Shown here: positions 16,002 to 25,481 of the stretch, in pieces | Layout: every line of letters begins with the position of its first letter | Position numbering within the stretch: position 1 is the stretch's first letter | NCBI GenBank assembly: GCA_013002925.1 | Contig: JABDLQ010000274.1 | Span: 1 to 42,967, forward strand | Direction of reading: 5' to 3' | Source of the DNA: Gammaproteobacteria bacterium | Lineage (GTDB): Bacteria; Pseudomonadota; Gammaproteobacteria; Steroidobacterales; SZUA-146 | DNA: 42,967 bases | Program-made: the position numbers and the translations under genes | The notes under the pieces: model-generated | The model's database searches: none | The model's input: the letters and a program-made list of their open reading frames with translations, nothing else | What the model was told of the DNA's origin: nothing

Positions 16002-16216
16002 ACAAATTCTGTTGCAGCAGTGGCTACGGCCCCGCGTGTCACAGGGCTGTCCGGGCGAGAGACGCTCAATTGTCCGGCACCATGGGGGTGATGTAACAGC
16101 ACTGTTGCCCTGATAAGAGGTCGATCGTTCTATCGGGCCCGGATGCGACCTGCAAGGATGAGATCGTAATGAATTTATGCTACATATCGCATTGGATTGG
16201 CAACCTGTAGATCATC

Positions 16217-17317
16217 GTGAAAAAAATAACTGTACATTTAATTGCTGCGGCCAGGCCTAATTTTATGAAGGTCGCTCCTTTGTACCATGCGATGGTGGCA
16301 GCACCGTGGTGTGAACCGATTATTGTGCACACAGGCCAGCACTACGATGCCAACATGTCGGATGCGTTTTTTAACGATTTACAACTACCCAAACCTACCG
16401 TTCATTTGGGAGTTGGCAGTGGCAGCCACGCCGAACAAACCGGTGGGGTAATGATTGCCTATGAAAAAGTATGCATGGCTGACCGACCCGACTGGATCGT
16501 TGTGTGTGGCGATGTCAATTCCACAATTGCCTGTGCATTGGTAGGTGCCAAATTGTGGATTCCGGTCATCCACCTGGAAGCGGGCCTGCGCAGCGGCGAT
16601 CGTGCCATGCCCGAGGAAATAAACCGCCTGGCCACTGACAGCATTGCAGAAGTCTTATGGACCCCGTCACCTGATGGAGACGAGCACCTTCTGCGCGAAG
16701 GCGTGACGCCTGAACGGATTACACGCATAGGCAACATCATGATTGATTCGTTTGAGCTCATGCGCAATCAGATCGAAGCCGACGGGACCCGTCATGACAT
16801 GGGTCTGAAGTCCGGAAAATATGGAGTGGTCACGCTGCACCGGCCCTCCAACGTGGACACCCGTGAGGCCCTGCAGGTGCTGGTTGATCAGTTGGTTGGT
16901 GCCTCGCGACAGATCAGACTGGTGTTTGCGGTGCACCCGCGCACGCGTGCACGTCTGCAGGAGTTTGAACTTGAAGCACAGCTTGGCGCAGCTGATGGCA
17001 TGATCCTGTGCGATCCCCTGGGCTATATCCAGTTCATGAACCTGGTCACTGGTGCTGCCATGGTCATAACAGATTCTGGCGGGATCCAGGAAGAAACCAC
17101 CTATCTGGGGATTCCTTGCATGACATTACGCACGTCGACAGAGCGGCCCATAACAGTCACGCAGGGTACTAACCGTTTGATAAAACCGGCTCAACTTCTG
17201 GTGAGCATCAATAAAGTAGTTCAAGGTGACTGGCCGACCGGCCGACGCCCAGACCTTTGGGATGGTCGCACCGCACAGCGCGCTGTCGAAGATCTGTATA
17301 CCCGGTTAAACAATTAA
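16217..17317 (+). CDS. wecB: UDP-N-acetylglucosamine 2-epimerase (non-hydrolysing)
   Basis: 'ARPNFMK', 'HTGQHYD', 'GDVNST', 'HLEAGLRS...MPEEINR', 'TDSGGIQEE' and 'TERP'. Confidence 0.93.
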   Translation: MKKITVHLIAAARPNFMKVAPLYHAMVAAPWCEPIIVHTGQHYDANMSDAFFNDLQLPKPTVHLGVGSGSHAEQTGGVMIAYEKVCMADRPDWIVVCGDVNSTIACALVGAKLWIPVIHLEAGLRSGDRAMPEEINRLATDSIAEVLWTPSPDGDEHLLREGVTPERITRIGNIMIDSFELMRNQIEADGTRHDMGLKSGKYGVVTLHRPSNVDTREALQVLVDQLVGASRQIRLVFAVHPRTRARLQEFELEAQLGAADGMILCDPLGYIQFMNLVTGAAMVITDSGGIQEETTYLGIPCMTLRTSTERPITVTQGTNRLIKPAQLLVSINKVVQGDWPTGRRPDLWDGRTAQRAVEDLYTRLNN

Positions 17318-17332
17318 GCTGCGGCAGGTGCT

Positions 17333-18679
17333 TCAGACATGACTGTGTTTAAACACCTCCGGATCCAGTTGGTGACGCGCCAGCAACTTGTAAAAATCTG
17401 TGCGATTTCGTTTTGCCATGCGTGCCGCCTGCGTCACGTTGCCGCCGGTCATTTTTAAAAGTCTTGCCAGATAGCTGCGGATAAACTCATCCCTGGCGAC
17501 GGCAAAAGAGGGCAGGGGGCTGTCGAGATCACCTAGTGTGTCGCGCACCAGTTCGGCGCTGATCACCGGTGTTCTGCATAAGCTGACATGCTCTTTTACC
17601 AGGTTTTTTAATTGTCTAACGTTGCCCGGAAGCCGCGCACTCATAAGACATTCGATTGCCTCCGGTGCATAGACCATGCGGGGTCGCGACAACCGGGCAA
17701 TATGCTCGTCCAAAAAACTGTTGGCCAGAACCGGAATATCCTCCGCGTGCTCATGCAACGCAGGCATTGTCAAACTGGTCTGGGTCAATCGGTAGTAAAG
17801 ATCTTCCCGAAAGCGACCATCCATGATTAACGCTCTCAGGTCCTTGTTGGTCGTCGAGAAAATACGCGCATTTACCGGCACAGTCTCGGAACTCCCAACC
17901 GGTCGAACGGCGTTTTCCTCTATGACTCGCAGTAGTTTCACCTGCAGACGTACCGGCATGTCGCCAATTTCATCGAGAAGCAGAATCCCGTCCTGTGCCT
18001 GCTGAAACAAGCCTTCGCGCGGATTCGGCTGATCTGCAAAAACGTCAGCGGTACGGCCAAACAGCTCCGCTTCGAGCAGATTTTCTGCCATCGCACTGCA
18101 TTTCATTACAACAAAACGACCGTTCTTTTGCGGACTCGCCCGATGCATGCTCTCGGCCAGTAATTCTTTGCCAACACCACTCTCACCAAAAATTGCCACA
18201 CGCGAATTACTGGCGGCGATAGTATGGGCTTTATCCAGCAAACTGTTCAGCACCGGACTGCGCGTAATAAATTGTGCCCGCCAGTTCGACTCGTCGGTGT
18301 CCGGTGGGCGCGAAACCTTGATGGCACGGCTAATCAAATCGAGCAATTCGTTTTTATCAATCGGTTTGGTGATAAAGCCAAACGCTCCACATTGGGTGGC
18401 TTTGACTGCATCCGGAATAGTCCCGTGCGCAGTCATCAAAAGCACGGGTAAACCAGGCCATTTTCCCTGCAGTGATTGTAGCAACTCTATGCCGTCGACA
18501 TTTTCCATGCGTAAGTCAGTAATCACCACATCCGGGCGAAAGGACTCGGTGGCATCCAGGGCTGCGGCACCATTGTCGACGCCTTCAATCTCGTAACCCT
18601 CGGCGAGCAGTCGAATGCTGAGCAGACGCAGCAGGCCAGGATCATCGTCAACCAACAAAATGCGTGGTGGTGTTTTCAT
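17333..18679 (-). CDS. glrR: Response regulator GlrR/QseF-like (REC-AAA+-HTH), GAFTGA motif degenerate
   Basis: 'ILLVDDDPGLLRLL', 'TAHGTIPDAVKATQ', Walker A 'GESGVGKE' and C-terminal 'GNVTQAARMAKRNRTDFYKLL' match GlrR; synteny with glrK and a lipoprotein gene. Confidence 0.85.
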   Translation of the reverse strand: MKTPPRILLVDDDPGLLRLLSIRLLAEGYEIEGVDNGAAALDATESFRPDVVITDLRMENVDGIELLQSLQGKWPGLPVLLMTAHGTIPDAVKATQCGAFGFITKPIDKNELLDLISRAIKVSRPPDTDESNWRAQFITRSPVLNSLLDKAHTIAASNSRVAIFGESGVGKELLAESMHRASPQKNGRFVVMKCSAMAENLLEAELFGRTADVFADQPNPREGLFQQAQDGILLLDEIGDMPVRLQVKLLRVIEENAVRPVGSSETVPVNARIFSTTNKDLRALIMDGRFREDLYYRLTQTSLTMPALHEHAEDIPVLANSFLDEHIARLSRPRMVYAPEAIECLMSARLPGNVRQLKNLVKEHVSLCRTPVISAELVRDTLGDLDSPLPSFAVARDEFIRSYLARLLKMTGGNVTQAARMAKRNRTDFYKLLARHQLDPEVFKHSHV

Positions 18680-18687
18680 ATTTAAAA

Positions 18688-19305
18688 TTACTCTGAAGAA
18701 ACTTCAATGTTTTTGATGGCATCCAGTTTTGCTTCGGCCTCCGCAAGTTCGGCCTGCAACGTCTCGATTTCAAGCTCGGCTTGCGCCAGACGCTCGCGCG
18801 CTTGCTGTAAGTCAATACGGCTGGAGCGGCCGCTTTTGCTGATTCTGGACCTGGTATCCGATACGATATCGTCAAGTTCGGCATTCCGTGTCTCGAGAAT
18901 CATCAGCTGTGCTGCACTGTGTGCAACAACTCTCGCAAGGTTCAGTTCAGCCGTGGTGAGATCGCCGGGCGCGTCGATGAGCCTGGACAGTTCGGTATAC
19001 CCCTTGCCGATATCAGCATTTGGATGTCCGCGTGTGGTGAGGGCCAGCGCATGACGAAACGCTGCCCTGGAACTGGATTGCGCCTGCAATTCTTCCTGAA
19101 CCCGGGTAAACAGATTCAATCGTTGCTGATAGGGCCCGCTGGTAATTTCACGCATTAACGAAAGATGAGAGTTGAGATGTTCCAGATCCTGCAGCTGCTG
19201 CTGTTTGAGGTGGGACTGTTGTCCTGCAGACCAGTTGCTTAACCCGGTGCATGCACTGAGTGTCAGCAGTGCAATGCAAACGAACATGTGCGTCAGTGAT
19301 TTCAT
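18688..19305 (-). CDS. QseG/YfhG-like alpha-helical lipoprotein of the GlrK/GlrR system
   Basis: Lipobox 'LSAC', C-terminal coiled coil ending 'KLDAIKNIE', and position between kinase and regulator. ATG 19305 preferred over TTG 19311. Confidence 0.7.
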   Translation of the reverse strand: MKSLTHMFVCIALLTLSACTGLSNWSAGQQSHLKQQQLQDLEHLNSHLSLMREITSGPYQQRLNLFTRVQEELQAQSSSRAAFRHALALTTRGHPNADIGKGYTELSRLIDAPGDLTTAELNLARVVAHSAAQLMILETRNAELDDIVSDTRSRISKSGRSSRIDLQQARERLAQAELEIETLQAELAEAEAKLDAIKNIEVSSE

Positions 19306-19314
19306 CAACAACCT

Positions 19315-20760
19315 TTAAGCGGCAACCGGTGTGGGAATCAGCGGTAACGAAATCCGAAAATGCGCTCCCGGGTGCTGGCCCTCAATGATACTTATTTTTC
19401 CACCGTGTGCGCTAACGCATTCGAACACCACTGATAACCCAATGCCCGTGCCTTTTACATGCCCGCTTTGTGCGGTGCTTCCCTGGTAGAATGGATCAAA
19501 TATTCGGGCGCGGTCTTGCGCCGAAATACCCAAACCCTCATCAGCGATTTCAATAACATAAGAGTTTTCTTCCTGAAATGCGGACACAAAAATCGTCCCG
19601 TTGCCGGGGCTGAATTTGATCGCATTTGACAGCAGATTATCGAAAACCATGCGTAGCTTGGATTTGTCAGCAATTACCTCAATTTCCTCCAAAGCGAACT
19701 TGATCTGCAAATCCTGTGCGCTGAGCGACAGGCGCTGCTGGTCGATAATCGTCCGAATCAGCGACGCGAGGTTGAATTCTTCGAGTTCCAATGCCGACAG
19801 GTTTGATTGCCATGCGCTAAAACTCAGCAGGTTCTCGATCAGTTTTTGCAATGACAAACTGTTTTCGCGGAGGATGTCAGCTACTTCCTTTTGAGGTGGG
19901 TGCAACTCGCCGACAGAACCATCGATCAATAGCTCAGTGCCTTCCCGGATATTCGCCAGTGGGGTTTTGAGCTCATGTGACATGTGGCGCAGAAATTTAT
20001 CTTTTTCGCGCTCTTGTTCACGGAGACGCTCTCGCAACCATTCCAATTGATTACCGAGAGTTTCCAGGTCAGCAGGACCCTTGACATTGATAGGATTGGA
20101 AAATTGTCCATCGCCGAGCGCGCTGATAGCCCGGTCCAGCTGTCGCAATGGACGTGCCAGCAGGGCCGTGAAAAATACGATGACGAGCAGCGTAAAAGGT
20201 GCGAGCAACGCGGTCTGGATCGCCAGTTGGCGCTGTGTGCGCCTGGCCCGCTCCTGCAAAGTGCTGAGACCCTGATCGATATACCGATTACTCTCACGCG
20301 CCATGTCATCAACAAAGTCACGCAACTGTTGAAAATCTTCGATTGCTTTGTCGAGTTGCGCGGGCTGGCTCTCTGCACTGCGCAAAATCGTGTCAAACTC
20401 GCTTAAACGCAGTTTCAGTTCGCGAATCTGACCCAGTCGCTGTGCGTCCGATGTGGCGGTCGCAATTTCGTCAAGCGTTATGTCGATTCGTTCAAGGCGT
20501 TCGGCGTAGGCGGCGAGAAGTTCAGGTTCACCAATCACCCGATATACCCGGGCGCTGCGCTCAATAGATGAAAGCTGTTTGCGCAGACTCTGATTTTGAT
20601 CTGTTGCCAGCACTCCCTGTATCACCAACTGCTGCGATTCGGTAGCAAAGCGGTTCATTTGTGTAGACGCGCGTGCGATCGCCAACAACAGGGGCAGGGA
20701 TACAAGAACGAATCCCAATAGTAGCAGTCCACTTAACGATTTTGGTCTGGGTAACCGCAT
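19315..20760 (-). CDS. glrK: Sensor histidine kinase GlrK/QseE-like
   Basis: Two TM segments, HAMP, H-box 'FLRHMSHELKTPLANIREGTELL', N-box 'NLLSNAIKFSP' and G2 'GTGIGLS'. Confidence 0.85.
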   Translation of the reverse strand: MRLPRPKSLSGLLLLGFVLVSLPLLLAIARASTQMNRFATESQQLVIQGVLATDQNQSLRKQLSSIERSARVYRVIGEPELLAAYAERLERIDITLDEIATATSDAQRLGQIRELKLRLSEFDTILRSAESQPAQLDKAIEDFQQLRDFVDDMARESNRYIDQGLSTLQERARRTQRQLAIQTALLAPFTLLVIVFFTALLARPLRQLDRAISALGDGQFSNPINVKGPADLETLGNQLEWLRERLREQEREKDKFLRHMSHELKTPLANIREGTELLIDGSVGELHPPQKEVADILRENSLSLQKLIENLLSFSAWQSNLSALELEEFNLASLIRTIIDQQRLSLSAQDLQIKFALEEIEVIADKSKLRMVFDNLLSNAIKFSPGNGTIFVSAFQEENSYVIEIADEGLGISAQDRARIFDPFYQGSTAQSGHVKGTGIGLSVVFECVSAHGGKISIIEGQHPGAHFRISLPLIPTPVAA

Positions 20761-20833
20761 GCAATAAACACACCTCGATCAGAACAGAGTACCTTTTCTA
20801 ACTCAACCGGCAACGCGCAGATTTGCCCACTGC

Positions 20834-21835
20834 TCAGCCTTGGTCGGCATAGAGCTTGCGTTCCCAGTTCAGCGCGGTTTTGGCAATCGCACTGAGATCA
20901 TCATATTTTGGGGTCCAGCCGAGCAACTCGTGAGCAAGATCGACGCGGGCAACCAGTTGGGGTGGATCTCCGGCCCGACGTTCCTCTTCGATAGTTTTAA
21001 GTGGCTGACCGTGGACCTGTTGCACCATATCAATGACTTCACGAACGCTATATCCATGGCCGTAGCCGCAGTTGATGGTTACTGAGTCACCACCCCGAAC
21101 CAGATAATCGAGCGCTTTGAGATGCGCGTCTGCGAGATCTTCAACATGGATGTAATCACGGACTCCGGTGCCATCCGGCGTCGCATAGTCGGTTCCAAAA
21201 ATAGAGACATGGGGTCTTTTGCCAACGGCGACTTCACAAGCGACTTTGGTTAGCAATGTGGCCTTGGCCGTTGACTGACCAATGCGCCCACCCGGGTCGG
21301 CACCAGCAACATTAAAGTAGCGCAAAGTGACATTGCGCAACGGTGATACAGCAGACAAATCACGCAACATCCATTCACTCATCAACTTGGACGTGCCATA
21401 AGGGTTGATAGGAGCGGTCGCTGCGGTTTCATCGATCAGCGGTTGCTCAGGCTCGCCGTAAACAGCCGCGGTCGACGAAAAAATAAAGTGTTCCACACCG
21501 GCATCACTGCAGCACTCCAGAAGATTACGCGTATTTGCGGTGTTGTTGCGATAGTACTTGAGAGGATTGGCAACCGACTCGGGCACAATGGTGGCCGCCG
21601 CAAAATGCATAACCGATTTTATCGCGTGCCGGTCGAGTATCGTGCTGACCAGGTTCTGATCGCCAACATCACCTACAATCAGCTCACCGTGTAACACGGC
21701 ATCTGCAAAACCGGTTGCTAAATTGTCGATAACGACGACATCAAAGCCTGCCTCGCCAAGCTGGCGCACAACGTGACTGCCGATATATCCGGCACCGCCG
21801 GTAACAAGAATGGTTGAGCTCATTGTGGTGTCCAT
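20834..21835 (-). CDS. galE: UDP-glucose 4-epimerase
   Basis: 'LVTGGAGYIGSH', 'FSSTAAVYG', 'PYGTSK', 'LRYFNVAGA' and 'DGTGVRDYIHVEDLA'. The start may be ATG 21823. Confidence 0.95.
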   Translation of the reverse strand: MDTTMSSTILVTGGAGYIGSHVVRQLGEAGFDVVVIDNLATGFADAVLHGELIVGDVGDQNLVSTILDRHAIKSVMHFAAATIVPESVANPLKYYRNNTANTRNLLECCSDAGVEHFIFSSTAAVYGEPEQPLIDETAATAPINPYGTSKLMSEWMLRDLSAVSPLRNVTLRYFNVAGADPGGRIGQSTAKATLLTKVACEVAVGKRPHVSIFGTDYATPDGTGVRDYIHVEDLADAHLKALDYLVRGGDSVTINCGYGHGYSVREVIDMVQQVHGQPLKTIEEERRAGDPPQLVARVDLAHELLGWTPKYDDLSAIAKTALNWERKLYADQG

Positions 21836-21916
21836 ATGTCAGGGTCAGCCATATTATCAAGGCTCATCCGGTAATCCTATGTGATCTATTCCTCAGCCTT
21901 GCAGGTTTGCCGTATT

Positions 21917-22921
21917 TTACGCGGCGCCAGACAGTGCCAGCACCGGCTCGTGCATCAGCGCCAGCTGCTCCTTCAGGCTCAGGATGTGATCCTGCCAGAA
22001 TCTGGCGGTATTGAACCAGGGAAATGCGCGGGGAAAAGCCGGATCAGACCAGCGCCGCGCCAGCCAGGCCGTGTGATGCATGATGCGCATGGTGCGTAAG
22101 CACTCAACCAGCGTCAGTTGACTGGATGGAAATGGTCGAAACATTTCGTAACCGGTGGCGAGGGCATCCAGGTTGGTCTGCATTTCGGTGCGTTCACCTG
22201 AAAGGAACATCCACAGGTCCTGAATTTCCGGGCCATTGCAGGCATCATCGAAGTCCAGTAGCACCGGTCCTGCTTGATTCCACAGTAGATTTCCGACATG
22301 CATGTCACCGTGGAGTCGTCCAAAGCGGCTCGGGTCGGTGAGTTGCATGCGTTGATCCAGCATAGTCAGAACCGGCTCCGCAATTGCCGCATAGGCTTCC
22401 TGCAACTCATCAGGCAAAAAAGGTCCTGTGATGATAAAGCGTGCAGACCCCAGTGCATGCTGGTCAAACGTCAGGTCGATGCGCTCTTCAAAGCACCGGG
22501 TAAATCCGCAATTGTGAATGCGCGCGAGCAGCCGCCCGATTTGTTCCAGCCTGGCCGGGTCATCCAGGCCGGGTGCATGACCCGAGGCTTTCCGATACAC
22601 GGAAAAACGAAAGTTCCCGTGCTCACAAAGGGTCTTCCCGGAAGGCGAGGGCAGGGGTGTCAGCACCGGTAAGTCGAGCGCCACCAGCTCGTCAGTAAAT
22701 TCGAACTCTTCCAGAATCTGCTCGTCGGTCCAGCGATCGGGGCGGTAAAACTTGGCGACAACATTGCTGCCGTCATTCAGACCAATCTGGTAGACCCGGT
22801 TTTCATAACTGGCCATGGCCTGAATTTCACCGTTACATTCCCAGCCGCAGGCTTCAAGGCACGTGATAATTTCGTCAGGCAATAGTCCGGAAAAGGCACT
22901 TTTTTTGGCAGTCGGGGTCAT
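21917..22921 (-). CDS. srkA: Stress-response Ser/Thr kinase SrkA (RdoA/YihE)
   Basis: 'SYENRVY', 'AKFYRPDRW', 'LHGDMHVGN', 'DFDD', 'QDLWM' and 'WLARRWSDPAFPRAFPWF'. ATG 22921 taken as start. Confidence 0.93.
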   Translation of the reverse strand: MTPTAKKSAFSGLLPDEIITCLEACGWECNGEIQAMASYENRVYQIGLNDGSNVVAKFYRPDRWTDEQILEEFEFTDELVALDLPVLTPLPSPSGKTLCEHGNFRFSVYRKASGHAPGLDDPARLEQIGRLLARIHNCGFTRCFEERIDLTFDQHALGSARFIITGPFLPDELQEAYAAIAEPVLTMLDQRMQLTDPSRFGRLHGDMHVGNLLWNQAGPVLLDFDDACNGPEIQDLWMFLSGERTEMQTNLDALATGYEMFRPFPSSQLTLVECLRTMRIMHHTAWLARRWSDPAFPRAFPWFNTARFWQDHILSLKEQLALMHEPVLALSGAA

Positions 22922-22994
22922 AGTGAGGAGTTTGTTCACACGGTATTCAGGTCAATATTGCATAATGGACGATCTTGGGTCAGGAGACCAGTCA

Positions 22995-24695
22995 GTGTTT
23001 GACAGGCAACCGGTAACGACAAAATCAACGCCGCGACAGTTTGCTGGTAGTACCTGCCGCAAGGTGCTGTTGCTGACCGTGCTGGTGACATTGGCTGCCT
23101 GCGGTGGAAGCGGTGGCGGCGATGCAACCCCAACACCGGTTACGGACCCTGGCGCAGCGGGCGATACCCTCATTACAGGGAAGGCGACCTATGACCTGGT
23201 GCCGCAGGTCAATTTCGATAACAGTCTGAACTACAATTCAATCAGGGTGCAGCCGATACGCGGCGCTACCGTTGAACTCTTGAACTCGGCAGGCAGCCTG
23301 CTCGAGCGTGCGACCACTTCGGCATCCGGCGATTATCAGTTTACTGTTGCCGATGGCGCGAACGTGCGTCTCCGGGTCCGTGCCGAGCTGCTTGCGGCCG
23401 GGTCACCCGCCTGGGATGTAAAAGTCATCAACAACACGAATAATGGCTCGTTGTATGCGATCGAGGGGGGCGAGTTTACAGCCGCCGGTGCCGCTGTCAC
23501 GCATGACATCCACGCCCCTTCAGGCTGGACCGGCAGCGGTTATGGCCAGACCCGGGCCGCGGCCCCGTTTGCCGTGCTGGATGTGATTTACACCGGGATG
23601 CAAAAAGTTCTGATGGCATCACCTGGGGTGGTGTTTCCTCCTCTTAGCATTAACTGGAGCCCGGACAATCGGCCGACTCAGGGCGATGAAGCGCGCGGTG
23701 AGATTGGCACCAGTTTTTATCGAAATGTCGGTGACGACAGCCATATATTTTTGCTCGGCAAAGAGAATGTCGATACTGACGAGTACGATCGTCATATCGT
23801 AGCTCACGAATGGACACATTATCTCGAGAATCGGTTGGGGCGTTCAGACAGTCTCGGTGGTGGGCATAGCAGTGGTGATCGCCTGGATCCGAGGGTTGCT
23901 TTTGGGGAGGGCCTTGGGTACGCCTTTGCCGGTGCTATTTTGGACAATCCCAACACTATCGATACCCTGGGCCCTGGTCAGGAGCAAGGTAGCAATATCA
24001 ATGTTGAAGACAACAGCATTCTGAATCCCGGGTGGTATAACGAGGGCTCGGTACAGGCAGCGATCTACGATTTTTATGATTCAGCCGTTGACGGGCCTGA
24101 TACTGTTGAACTGGGGTTCGTGCCCCTGTTTGACGTGCTGACTGGCCAATTCGCTGACGGAGTCGCGCTGACAACCATCCATGCCTATGCGACGGCGTTA
24201 AAACTCGCCAATCCCGCAGCTGCTGTTGCAATCGACGCAATTATTGAAAATCAGCATATCGCATCGGAAAATACCGATGCCTTTGCGCGCAACGAGACTA
24301 ACGATGCAGACAATGCCAATGACGTCTTGCCGATCTACACCGCGCTACCGCTGGATGGGCGGACGGTCAATCTTTGCAGCATTGGCGGAAATTTACCGCC
24401 CGCTTCATTTGGAACCTACAACAAACTCAGTAACCGCCGTTTTTTGCACTTTGAAACAATGGCGCCGGGCACGGTATCAATTACTGCGACCGGACCAAAT
24501 GGCTCCGATCCGGATCTGATACTGCATCGGGCAGGAATACTGCAGGTGGCCGAATCAGTGTCGGCAACCGAGACTTTGTCAACAGTGCTGGAAGCGGGCC
24601 GGTATGTCATCGAGATTTATGAATACAGCAACGTGACGGACAACCCGCGGGGTCGAACCTGCTTTGGCATCAGCGCAACCGTCAATCAGGAGTAA
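22995..24695 (+). CDS. Lipoprotein zinc metallopeptidase with C-terminal PPC-like domain
   Basis: GTG 22995 follows AGGAG (22982-86); the longer ORF-track start overlaps srkA. Lipobox 'LAAC', 'AHEWTH' with downstream 'FGEG', and PPC-like 'SDPDLIL...LEAGRYVIEI'. Confidence 0.75.
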   Translation: MFDRQPVTTKSTPRQFAGSTCRKVLLLTVLVTLAACGGSGGGDATPTPVTDPGAAGDTLITGKATYDLVPQVNFDNSLNYNSIRVQPIRGATVELLNSAGSLLERATTSASGDYQFTVADGANVRLRVRAELLAAGSPAWDVKVINNTNNGSLYAIEGGEFTAAGAAVTHDIHAPSGWTGSGYGQTRAAAPFAVLDVIYTGMQKVLMASPGVVFPPLSINWSPDNRPTQGDEARGEIGTSFYRNVGDDSHIFLLGKENVDTDEYDRHIVAHEWTHYLENRLGRSDSLGGGHSSGDRLDPRVAFGEGLGYAFAGAILDNPNTIDTLGPGQEQGSNINVEDNSILNPGWYNEGSVQAAIYDFYDSAVDGPDTVELGFVPLFDVLTGQFADGVALTTIHAYATALKLANPAAAVAIDAIIENQHIASENTDAFARNETNDADNANDVLPIYTALPLDGRTVNLCSIGGNLPPASFGTYNKLSNRRFLHFETMAPGTVSITATGPNGSDPDLILHRAGILQVAESVSATETLSTVLEAGRYVIEIYEYSNVTDNPRGRTCFGISATVNQE

Positions 24696-24697
24696 CT

Positions 24698-25312
24698 ATG
24701 AACAGGCAAACCCGCTGGCAACCTCTGTGCCGAACCGCTGTCGCTGTGCTGTTGATAGGCGTCTCTACAGTATGGGTGGCAGCCGACGTCGACGGGCTAT
24801 CAGAAAATAGCGCAAAACGCCCATGTTCTGATGCAGCAGCGACCAAACTAACGTCCCCTGTCCGCAGTCCCGGCAAGGCGTCTATCCCCGTCAAATTTGT
24901 CAATCCCGGACGCTTCAAAGCCAATCTGGGCGAGCAGGTCGTCGTTTCCCTGACCCTGTTGGCCACTGAGAAAATTGCACAGCTTCAGGTGCAGGCAACG
25001 ACAGAGAATGCGCGGATCGTCGTGGGCTCTGTCAGCGATACAAGTTTTTACAATATTCCAGCTGGCGAGCAGGTGACACTGGACTACACGGTGCAACCAC
25101 AAACAGACGGGCTGAGCTACGTCAATGTCTTCCTCTCGACACATTCCGGTCAGGGCAAGCGCATGGCCAGTTATTCGATTCCTGTCGAAGTCGGCGATAT
25201 TCGCGGCGCCGTCGCCACCAAGAGCGTACCGGACCTGGTTGTCGCTGAAGACGGCGTTGTACTCGAGATTATGCGGGCACGCGATACAAGCCCCACACCA
25301 CCACGCCCCTGA
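24698..25312 (+). CDS. Secreted hypothetical protein, probable beta-sandwich
   Basis: Starts 2 bp after the peptidase stop with RBS AGGAG; signal peptide; alternating beta-strand pattern. Confidence 0.7.
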   Translation: MNRQTRWQPLCRTAVAVLLIGVSTVWVAADVDGLSENSAKRPCSDAAATKLTSPVRSPGKASIPVKFVNPGRFKANLGEQVVVSLTLLATEKIAQLQVQATTENARIVVGSVSDTSFYNIPAGEQVTLDYTVQPQTDGLSYVNVFLSTHSGQGKRMASYSIPVEVGDIRGAVATKSVPDLVVAEDGVVLEIMRARDTSPTPPRP

Positions 25313-25448
25313 TAGAGTCAAAGTCCGTAGGCGGTGGCAAAGAAGGGTTGGCGTCTCGCCGATCTGACGGCAACCCGCGCTGGCGGGAATGATCCAACAC
25401 CCTGCTCAGGCCAATAAAAAATAATCATGCTGCGATCCGCATAAACTG

Positions 25449-25461
25449 TATAATCCGCGGC
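25449..25461 (+). promoter_or_regulatory. -10 box with GC-rich discriminator upstream of typA
   Basis: TATAAT (25449-54) followed by CCGCGGC, typical of stringently controlled translation genes; -35 is poor. Confidence 0.5.
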
Positions 25462-25481
25462 TTTTAGCCTTGTGAAGAGTC

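Noticed and set aside
16143-16152. ATGCGACCTG also present at 35436 in another intergenic region, possible REP element
   Set aside because: One shared 10-mer is expected by chance in 43 kb and the flanks do not align.
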